From positions 1 through 25,941 of the IMG/VR virus record IMGVR_UViG_3300020409_000068: a stretch of 25,941 nt of DNA; one strand, written 5' to 3'. The position numbers were made by a program, and so were the translations under genes. This stretch comes from a virus (taxonomy: Duplodnaviria > Caudoviricetes). This document shows positions 9,401 to 16,500 of the stretch, piece by piece; the first letter of the stretch is position 1, and every line of letters begins with the position of its first letter. Under the pieces are notes generated by a model. That model was not told the origin of the DNA, ran no database searches, and saw only the letters and a program-made list of their open reading frames with translations.

Positions 9401-12400
9401 TTCCTTCCGATGCCAGAAAGACATTTGGATCTTCTGATACTGATGTAACTGGTAGAAACAACATTACATTCAATAATACTGTAATTAGAAACGAACATGT
9501 CATAATTAAGACTGATGATACTAACTTTAGTTTCAATTTGAAGCAAAGACCATTAGAATCTCAAAAATTTGTTTCTAGAACTGGTGTAAGTACGATCACA
9601 TACAGTACAACTTCTCCAACTGCTAGAGGGCCTATCTTTAATACTAAGATAAACTTCCCAGGCAGAGGATACACCATATTACCAAGAGTTATTGGTTTTC
9701 AGAGCTCTCAAGGTAAAGATGCGATTGTAAAAGTATCTTCTCCAGATATTGGCAAGATTGATCTTATTGAAAGGATAAAAGATGGATTTGATTATCCGAC
9801 TGATCCTACTTTACTTCCATTCCTTAGTGTTCCTGCCATTGTTGAAGTAAGTGGTATTGCTAGGATGGATGAAATCCAAGTAACCGATGGAGGAAGAAGA
9901 TATAATCAACCACCCACACTTGCAGTTAGAGGAAATAGTAATGTGCAGATTGCAGCACATGTGGTAGGTGGATCTGTTGATAAAGTAGAAATAATCAAGA
10001 ACGCTTTTGAATTTAAAGAACCACTCAGTATCATTACAACTGATAACTCAAATGGTTATGATATAGACAATATCACTCATAGTGGAACTACTGTTACTGC
10101 TGAGTTGTTATTAGATGCACAATTTAATATACCAGTAACAACTGGATTCGCATCTACCGAAACCAAGTTACCTTTTGCTATAGGAGACAAGGTATTTGTT
10201 GAGGGTTGTAGATTGAAACCTGATTCAGTGCTTAATGGAGATGCAAACTTCAACTCTGCTGATTACGACTTCTCATTCTACACAGTTACAGGTGTTAATA
10301 CATCAAATGCAACTATTGAGTTTGATATGGCAAATGCACCTGGCATTTCAACAGTAACACTAGGAACATATGACGATGACTTTACATTAGGATCTATCGT
10401 AAACTTCAACGATATGGCGAAGTTTAATATGACTATCATTGAAGATGCTAAATTCTTATCTGGAGAAAAAGTAACATCTACAAGATTTGAAGGATTTGTA
10501 GCGGAGAATGGTTGGAATGTTAATATTGGTCAACTAAGACTTAGAGATACTTTAGGAACTTTAGCATCTGGTGATGTTTTATTTGGTGAAGTATCGAAAC
10601 TAAAAGGAGAGGTAAGAGATGTAAACAAATTTAGCATTGATACCACTCTTGGGGTTACTAGAGACAAGGTTTCTAAGAATGACATGAATATTGGTATTCT
10701 TAATGATTTCAGTCAAAGATTATCTGACAACTACTACTTCCAGAAGTTCTCTTATTCAATCAAGAGTAAATTGCCATATGATACTTGGAAAGAGTCTGTA
10801 AAATCTATTGTTCACCCATCAGGTTTCTTAGAGTTCTCTGATCTTATTGTAGAGAGTGATCCTATTGTAAATGCTCCTACTGTAGGGATTGCCAAGTCCA
10901 CCAACATGAAAGTTCAAGCAGTTGACACCAAAGTTGACTTGATATTGAATATTGATAGTGATATGTACATGGGTAAGAGAGATAATTTTGCCATAGTCAC
11001 CGAAGATGATCCTTTACCTGATGGATCGGTTCAAAGAATTTTCTTCCCAGAAGGCAGACCAATCAAGAGTTTCATTATGAACAAGACTAATAAGGTCTTG
11101 AATTTGGATGATATCTCCTCTGGTTTTAATGGCAGACATGATAGAACAGGAACTCTAGTTGGTAGTAAACAGTTCCAACTTTCTACTGGTGGAAAACCAG
11201 TATTCAAAAAATCATTTGCTGCAGCTGGAGTATTCACTGACGTAGATCTTTTACTTAACGTTATACAGATACAAAACCATGATTTCCAAACTGGTCAACC
11301 AGTTAGATTAAATACTCAGGGTGGTGATAGGATAAGTATTGCAACTACATCTCATACTACAGGGCCAAAGGACATTGTTATGTCTGTTGTAACATCTGGT
11401 ATTGGTGGAAGTTCAATGTATGAAAACGGATATAATGTTCAAATTCCAGGCCCCGTAACAGGAACTGCCGTAACAGAAAATCCTCCAGGCGCTCTATTCA
11501 GAATATATGGATTTGGCAATGCAGATGGAGGTGTTCCTGGCACAGGAGGAAGTGGTAGTGGTTCTATCTTCCAAGTTAAGTTTGACTTTGATCAAACTAC
11601 TGGTCAATGTATATCTACTGCTGTCACTCTAATCAACGGTGGTAGAGATTACATTGTGGGTGATAACGTAAGTATTGCTGGTACATATCTTGGTGGTGCC
11701 ACACCAGCAAACAACTTGACATTCCCTGTAACTAAAACAACAGGATCAAGAGTTGGAATAGAAACAACTTATACTAATATTCCTTCGACTAGTGATGGTG
11801 GTGGATCAGGAGCAACATTCAACGTAAGTAGAGATGGCAACTTAGACATCTCTGGTGTAAGTGTTGTTACTGGTGGAACTGGATATGCAACTACTAATAC
11901 AATCTCTATTGCAGGGACATATATTGGTGGAGTAACTCCAGGCGATAATATAACATTGACTCCTGTAGAATGTGGCGCAGACAAGATGCCTGATTTAATG
12001 TTTGTTCAGAAGGTAGATGATTTGAAATTCAGACTTGCTGGATTCTCTACATCATTACCATTTGATTTTACTTCATTAGGAACTGGTACACATGTGTTAT
12101 CAGTCACTGAGCCTAACAAACAGGCTTTAATTATGGTGGATAATATAATTCAAACTCCACTGACAAACAAGAGACTGGAAGTAACAGTATCTGAAACTGT
12201 TGGTGTCAATACAGAAACTATAACTATTAGTGCTGGAATTGGATCACTTGCTAAAGGTGATGTTCTTAAATTAGAGGATGAATTTGTTAAGGTTCAACAA
12301 ATAGGAGATGCTACATTTGTTAACGCAAGAACAGCAGAAATTGAAAATACTGTTGATAATAATTTCTTCTATGACACCAATAGATCAAACTCCACAGTTA

Positions 12401-12450
12401 TCAAAGTTTCCGATACTTCTGTGACTCTTGATGATAACCCTCCATATTAA
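3451..12450 (+). CDS. gp7: Giant baseplate wedge initiator, T4 gp7-like (N-terminal half), with many inserted beta-domains
   Basis: 2999 aa directly after gp6. It has the N-terminal QIPEFL..ESPLFV.FL.QYY, DFYMSKGT..SY..LFKLLY (from 4036), and DNYYFQKFSYSIKS...VHPSG (His codon at 10813), as in cyanophage gp7. It also carries G.GA..A...G.I..I.V...G.GY repeats. Confidence 0.85.
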   Translation: MTDIKRVKISHVIESQIPEFLVQESPLFVKFLDQYYQSQEHQSGLADLANNLPEYRKIGAFNNESLVPSTTLTLNAYAGDTSISVTSTTGWPDTYGLLKIDNEIITYTSKTSTEFLGCARGFSGIDQISREDAAEYLNFADTEAEVHLTGATVINLSNLFLQTFFTKFKTEFLPGFENRNFVSGTSVTNILTRAKDFYMSKGTDSSYQILFKLLYGEDIEILKPIENTIVPSDNVYFKTKHVLVENLFGGQPLETVGNFLYQDIAGIGTASASIYNVEYRPINQTDFYEISLDSTSFDGSFQVPGKTKALEETPTTAETLVVDSTVGFGQSGTLLVKPRVGENFITLRYTDKTINQFLGVTGITTSLVFGADILENKLAYAYAGFGQTSLLQFRLVNVIDEVDTSKSTNMQIGDNLKLLSFGKDLGDNPKFNNWIYNIPSSHDISNVSQVNVNTYRINIFDSCVFYIDEILIVKNDNGDSSEIRVKEIEYASTNVEQIYSNTIVVQATGGIPVNASVITKTVTKASHNSNYFTEVSNFPVGIQNSYLDKNEEFFYVTSAGLPNYPIFATDNKVFIKTSTVEATGSDGTPLFGGGFTYTIQSFDSTNVTLASPPPLPHNYVTGDKIYWDNTTNSGINTGVYFVTAINQTEFYLSFSGADVFAQKYIAVRTGTSGQFIYKSGWENKTLKNQKIIRKYPFNRTSNLFDDPNKRRINNRPIGLMANGVELFPPTVFDEQIFHGNITEIKVTNPGTDYDVISGPPVVINDAQGTGAIAHANIVGSFKEIKLVTPGIGYQEKPKITVEGGNGSGAVLESNLVRGAIVANFKADGSSVNTTAETVTFQERHNFEVGEGIVYDARGNTPIVNVVSGSTYYASVVDEKTIKLHNTPEDAKTGINTVNIGNISFGFHKFTSLEAKNTITKIYVKESGSGYSNRKVIVPARPVNGDVQSGISTSDDYILAYDHHFQNGEIVEYSSTGTVASGLSTTTQYAVKVIDTNKFKLCDVGVSTQRNLTNYNKNKTAVIRSLGSGKHTIKYPPIVVKIESLSAIGSTTVIQPEIDPLVLGSVDNVYLEEGGIGYGCTNIMDFHRRPNVGISTIVFQALLKPIIVGGSIVDVQILASGQGYREDSDINIYSPTGSFADIRPIITNNRITGVQILDGGVGYRSSDTTLDLRNRGKSAKFIANIKEWKINQVQKNENIISDEDSILTKPSTNPEYQLQTIGMYPPQKLRYQLGDNIDSGNLETPNAFHSPILGFAYDGNPIYGPYGYQNPDGGAIRRLQSGYILNTAILSGIRPPGFAFGYFVNDYIFDNSGDLDEFGGRYCVTPQFPDGTYAYFYSVDIDSSGVAKPKYPYLLGSKFKDTPIEENFVTFFNQDIDIISRNLTRNISPYYLTFGNSNYELIDDVRDALKQEFEITKTRSAGITSVTVFAKGDGYKIDDTLSLDNTGTNGSGTNIVVSEILGKQVDTVEIGVSTFVNTTLRLNKKEIIGVTTEPHDIIDGETVLISGINTSQFTEFNGTKKVSVVSRSVGLTTFLDNVTNTGVSTSIFVTDTTGFAPSDTIGIGTEKFIVTGVDEQFSRLFVNRENFVGAAMTHAAGTNNVILKPNKFSFPVGNSTVTRFTFENYITYFNPQQTVGVGSTGTHYTLPLTGLSTVQTIENRFVPQQRIYIKNHKFFTGQKLVYNMGIGGTSLVWAKVAAGATSGVGTEVLPDGDVYAINFEQDYIGIATLGFPTTGDAVWFYNVASNSGFAHSLATTFEKVNSKVEKFFGKVGVASDHGLETGDIIRIDALPKDTESTIIRYDPVLAKVTTKRVGFTYTSFSADLTEININDHDLQSGDKVVYYDNGNTIDGLINNETYFVLRENTDFIKLCKYKSDVFDSNPISISTVTTSSANNLSFLAKINPALTFTTGNTVTFDVSDQSLLDMRLDFFSDINFNNKLDVNGTEATGFNITRSGISGNVDATVTIKTDTDWPSKTFYNLTPVVPSDARKTFGSSDTDVTGRNNITFNNTVIRNEHVIIKTDDTNFSFNLKQRPLESQKFVSRTGVSTITYSTTSPTARGPIFNTKINFPGRGYTILPRVIGFQSSQGKDAIVKVSSPDIGKIDLIERIKDGFDYPTDPTLLPFLSVPAIVEVSGIARMDEIQVTDGGRRYNQPPTLAVRGNSNVQIAAHVVGGSVDKVEIIKNAFEFKEPLSIITTDNSNGYDIDNITHSGTTVTAELLLDAQFNIPVTTGFASTETKLPFAIGDKVFVEGCRLKPDSVLNGDANFNSADYDFSFYTVTGVNTSNATIEFDMANAPGISTVTLGTYDDDFTLGSIVNFNDMAKFNMTIIEDAKFLSGEKVTSTRFEGFVAENGWNVNIGQLRLRDTLGTLASGDVLFGEVSKLKGEVRDVNKFSIDTTLGVTRDKVSKNDMNIGILNDFSQRLSDNYYFQKFSYSIKSKLPYDTWKESVKSIVHPSGFLEFSDLIVESDPIVNAPTVGIAKSTNMKVQAVDTKVDLILNIDSDMYMGKRDNFAIVTEDDPLPDGSVQRIFFPEGRPIKSFIMNKTNKVLNLDDISSGFNGRHDRTGTLVGSKQFQLSTGGKPVFKKSFAAAGVFTDVDLLLNVIQIQNHDFQTGQPVRLNTQGGDRISIATTSHTTGPKDIVMSVVTSGIGGSSMYENGYNVQIPGPVTGTAVTENPPGALFRIYGFGNADGGVPGTGGSGSGSIFQVKFDFDQTTGQCISTAVTLINGGRDYIVGDNVSIAGTYLGGATPANNLTFPVTKTTGSRVGIETTYTNIPSTSDGGGSGATFNVSRDGNLDISGVSVVTGGTGYATTNTISIAGTYIGGVTPGDNITLTPVECGADKMPDLMFVQKVDDLKFRLAGFSTSLPFDFTSLGTGTHVLSVTEPNKQALIMVDNIIQTPLTNKRLEVTVSETVGVNTETITISAGIGSLAKGDVLKLEDEFVKVQQIGDATFVNARTAEIENTVDNNFFYDTNRSNSTVIKVSDTSVTLDDNPPY
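5590..7515 (+). other. Interrupted YHYH-family-like domain within gp7
   Basis: N-part PIGLMANGVELF (5590-5631). C-part HSPILGFAYDGNPIYGPYGY ... GDLDEFGGRYCVTPQFPDGTYAYF ... YPYLLG (7192-7515). About 520 aa of other repeats lie between, and there is no literal YHYH. Confidence 0.7.
11527..11967 (+). repeat. Tandem duplicated ~70-80 aa Gly-rich module in gp7
   Basis: GGSGSGSIFQV...GGRDY..GDNVSIAGTYLGGATPANNLTFPV versus GGGSGATFNV...GGTGY...NTISIAGTYIGGVTPGDNITLTPV. DNA similarity is visible around ATTGC.GG.ACATAT.TTGGTGG. Confidence 0.8.
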
Positions 12451-12451
12451 C

Positions 12452-12459
12452 TATAAATA
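12452..12459 (+). promoter_or_regulatory. T4-type late promoter, perfect TATAAATA
   Basis: Exact consensus in the 31-nt gap between the gp7 stop (12450) and ATG 12482. Confidence 0.85.
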
Positions 12460-12481
12460 AAAAGAAAACGTTTTTTAAGTA

Positions 12482-13504
12482 ATGGCTAAACAAGGGATTA
12501 GTACTGGTTCTGCTCCGAATGATGGGACGGGCGATACCCTATTGGCAGGGACTATTAAGATTAATGATAATTTTAACGAGATATACGATAAGTTCGGAGA
12601 CGGTACTAATCTTGTAAGTTTTGTTTCTTTTGCTAGCACTGCTGGGTATTCTACCAACTGTGGCATCGCATCAACATCTGTTCTTGCTGGTCTTGCAGCG
12701 AGTGTCACAAACAATATTGACATCAATACAAGTGGTGTTGTAACGACAAGTTATGCAGATATTGGTAAGATAACAATTCAACAGCCTGGTGCAATTACAG
12801 ATGGCCCTGTTGAAGTTGGTTTTGCTGCAACAATGTTCCGTATCAAAGCAGATGGTATGGTGGGCATTGGAACTTCACTTCCAACATCACAGATGGAGGT
12901 TGCATCTTTTTCTAATGAAAGGCCTTCAATATGGGCGATTGCAAAAGGTAATGGCCATGGGTTAAGAGTATCGGATCAAGACGTAACAGATAATAAGTCA
13001 TTTGTAGTAAGTAAAGAAGCTTATGTGGGTGTAGGTTCTACCGCTCCAACATGTAGATTGGATGTTCAAGGTGACGTTCTGGTGGGTGGTGCAACTACCT
13101 TGATGGATCAAGTAAATTTCAATTCTGATATTACTGAAAAAGTTGTAGGAAACTTTAGTGATGTTATGCAAGTAAGTGCAGGCGGCACATTTACTATTGA
13201 TGTATCACAAGGATCTGTAATATGTGGTGTTGCAACAACATCTATAACTTCATGGGCATTTACAAACGTAAGTGGACAGAATAGTAAAGCAACTACAGCA
13301 ACACTTATTATAAATGCAGGGTTAGGATATACCTATGGTGATCCTGTTACAGTTAACGGTGCTACAATCGCAACAGGAATTAGATGGGTAGGTGGCAACC
13401 CTCCACCATCTACATCAAACGAAGACATTCTAACGTTTAGTGTCATTCGCGATAGCACTGGAGTTACCAGAGTTTATTGTTCAAGTTCTATTAACATTAG
13501 TTGA
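12482..13504 (+). CDS. gp9: gp9/gp10-like baseplate tail-fibre connector fused to a short fibre and a C-terminal globular domain
   Basis: N-terminal MAKQGISTGSAPNDGTGDTLLAGTIKINDNFNEIY matches the T4 gp9/gp10 N-terminal motif. Two VGIGT..P...L.V fibre repeats follow (GMVGIGTSLPTSQMEV, AYVGVGSTAPTCRLDV). The C-terminal W.GG..P..T...DILTF domain is common in phage fibre/adaptor proteins. gp9 versus gp10 orthology cannot be resolved. Confidence 0.75.
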   Translation: MAKQGISTGSAPNDGTGDTLLAGTIKINDNFNEIYDKFGDGTNLVSFVSFASTAGYSTNCGIASTSVLAGLAASVTNNIDINTSGVVTTSYADIGKITIQQPGAITDGPVEVGFAATMFRIKADGMVGIGTSLPTSQMEVASFSNERPSIWAIAKGNGHGLRVSDQDVTDNKSFVVSKEAYVGVGSTAPTCRLDVQGDVLVGGATTLMDQVNFNSDITEKVVGNFSDVMQVSAGGTFTIDVSQGSVICGVATTSITSWAFTNVSGQNSKATTATLIINAGLGYTYGDPVTVNGATIATGIRWVGGNPPPSTSNEDILTFSVIRDSTGVTRVYCSSSINIS

Positions 13505-13517
13505 GGGAAACGAGTAA

Positions 13518-16500
13518 ATGCCAAGGACTACGCCTGGATCAGGAGCCCTCCTAAAACCAACTTTCGATTCATTCTATGGAGTTAGTTCCATAGAAGTTTT
13601 GAGTGGAGGAACAGGCTATGCAAAAACAGATCCACCTAAAATTGTAATTGAAGGAACATCCGATCCAACAACGGAAGGTGTTTTCTTTCCAGTTATAAGT
13701 GGTATTGGAACTATATCTGAAGTTATTATCTTCAAATCTGGATTGGGTTACTATCCAGTTTTTAGTACATCTTCATCTTCTGAAATTGCTGTAGAAAGAG
13801 GTGCTTTTGGTACACAGAAGGCTGGTCATGCGGCTGGTATTGCATACTCTGTATTTGCTGGTGATTATAATATTGTCGAAGATAATATATTCTTTATAGA
13901 TGCTCCATATGGAAAATCTGGCCCTGTAGGATTAGAAACAGGATCATCATTCTCTGGTAGACTATTTTCAAGAAAATTAGACCCATTTGATGAGAAAGAC
14001 AAAAACGTAATATTAGATGATATATCATTAGACTTCACAGGCGTTGCTGGAACTCAATTTACGCTTTCTGAAAATACAGGTGTTGTAACTGCACTTTACA
14101 ACAGCGTAAACACAGGTGTAGATGTAAATAACAATCCATTTATTCTAATCAATAATATTGTACAAACACCAGGCCTTGATTTTGAGATAGTAGATTCTGA
14201 CACAAATAAAATTAATTTTCTAAGTGGTGTTCCAAGAGCGGGAAGAATTGTAAAGGTTGGACTACAAACTGGATCTGGTTATTACTTACCAACAAAGGCA
14301 GCAGTAAGAGTTGGTGTTGGTTCTACTGGTAGTCTAGAACATATTCAGATAGAAGGTAAGGGGCAGGGATATAGATCAATACCCGAAATTTATGTAAGAT
14401 CGTCTCAAGGTTATGGTGCAAGTATAAGTGCAACTCTTGGTATCTCTACGACAGATAGTGTTGCTATATCGACTGTAACTTATAATCATATATCTGGTAT
14501 TGCCACATTCAATACAGGTGCAGTTTCTCATGGATTCGAGATTGATGATAGAGTTAGAATTACTGGTGCTGGATTTACATTCACTCCTGTATCTGCTGCA
14601 AGAAATATCAACACGTTTGGATATAATTACATCTCAGGTATTGCAACTATTGGTGTAACTGGTGGCCACTATATTGGTGTAGGAAAAAATCAAAGTAGAA
14701 GTTTATTACTTCAGGGTATTCAGGTAAGTGATGGTATATCCACATATACCCTCAGAGAGGACGCCTATCCAATTACAGAGGTGATTGATAGTCTTAACGT
14801 CTTAGTTAACTTAGGCATCGCCACACAACCTTTATCATACGAAGGGGGCGGAACTGTTCGTGCTGGTGTTGATACTGCCATCATGGAAGGTAGAAATGTA
14901 ATTGGTTTTGATATCCTAGGCATCACAACAAATACATTTGAAACTTTTGTTGGTATATCAACCTTTGAACATCAGTATGTTGGTGGTGGTGTAATAAACA
15001 GGGCGGAAGCAGGTATAATTACAAACTTTAGTATTGTGGAAGGAGGAACAGGTTTCTACAGACCTAGAGAAATATCTTTCCTAGATCAAACTCCTATAAA
15101 CGGAATTACAACTATTACTGCTTTTGGTAATGAGGTTGGATCAAGTATAAACATATCTGAATTAGATTATGATTCATTCTCTGGTGTTGCAACTATTCAT
15201 GCTGCGGCTTCTCATGGATTAACAACTTCAAGTGTAATAAAATTAGCTGGTGTTAAATTTAATACTAACGTTGGAGATATAACATTCCCATCAGATTCAC
15301 AAAAATATTATGGAGTTACTGGCATTTTAAGTGCAAAGAACTTTACTGTGAATATTGGTGCTGCCATGACAACCACTGGCATCCATACTGCACAATCTGG
15401 AATTGGATCATTTATAGAATTTGAAGGACATGGATTAGAAACCGATGATTTTGTTCAAACAACAGGAATTGCGGTAACATTTACAAGTGCTCCAGCAGTT
15501 CAAGTTGGTCATGTTGAGTATGATGAAAGATCTGGTATTGCAACTGTCACTACAAGAAAAAATCATAATCTTACAGAAGACGATTGTGTTGTTCTTTCTG
15601 GTATTGCATTTACTTGCGACTACGACCCTGCCCTAGGCGTTTCTAGTGCATTATATGATAATACAACTGGAGTTCTAACTGTCACCACTGCAGCACCTCA
15701 CGGCTACAAGGTAGGTAAAGATGTTATTCTAACTGGTCTTGCATTTACATGTGCTATAGATGGTGGTGCAAAAGATCATTACTATCCAAGAAGTAGATCA
15801 ACTGCATATGATACATCTCTCCCAATTACAGGTTATGCTGGAACTGCACTTGCCATAGATGTTGGCATATCTCGTGTCAAGAATCAATACGTTCATAGAT
15901 TTGAAGAGGCAATCACTGGTGCGTTGATATATGGTGGTGATTATCCTCATCAATTCCTCCGTGCAGAAGAAGGTGCATTATTAACTGGTGGGCCATATCT
16001 ACATGAGTTTCATAGTGCGACTGCAACATCAACATTTGCTGGTGGAGACTATCCGCACACATATGTCAGTTCTGATGAGAAAACAATCAAAGTTGGTGGT
16101 GATTATGCACACCAATTTGTAAGCGCAGACACTAACTCTGTACAAGTGGTTGGTGGATCACAAATTACGCCTACAGATGGAGACTATTCACCTAGCACTG
16201 GTTCTCTAATATTGACTGTTGCTAATCATGGTCTTACAGGCCCTACACAACATTCAATTACAACTGCAAACTATAATCCTCTTGCTGGTATCTTAACCGT
16301 GACTATTCCTAATCACGGATTTTCAAATGGCGATCAGGTTAGAATTGCAGATGAATCTATAGGTTGGAAGTGCTCATTAGACGCATTTACATCAACAAAA
16401 TATTATCCAAGATCCACAGATCCAATTAGTAATAGTTGGATTCCTATCAGTAACGTTTCTACAAACACTTTTGAGGTCTTTGCTGGTATTACTACTAGAG

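Larger units (their letters stand above)
5298..12040 (+). repeat. About 7 dispersed copies of a small beta-domain (H-x-F/L-x-x-G-x-x-V/I-x-Y ... Y-F/A-V ... D-x-x-F/I-K-L) within gp7
   Basis: HNYVTGDKIYW (~5298), HNFEVGEGIVY (~5980), HHFQNGEIVEY (~6334), HKFFTGQKLVY (8461), HGLETGDIIRI (~8776), HDLQSGDKVVY (8941) and HDFQTGQPVRL (~11278). Similarity is at protein level only. Confidence 0.7.

Noticed and set aside
12307-13784. Intron, intein or mobile element as the cause of the gp7 split
   Set aside because: There are no homing endonuclease, transposase or reverse transcriptase motifs and no intein terminal residues. I see no terminal repeats or recognisable group I/II structure. The insert encodes a structural protein with its own late promoter.
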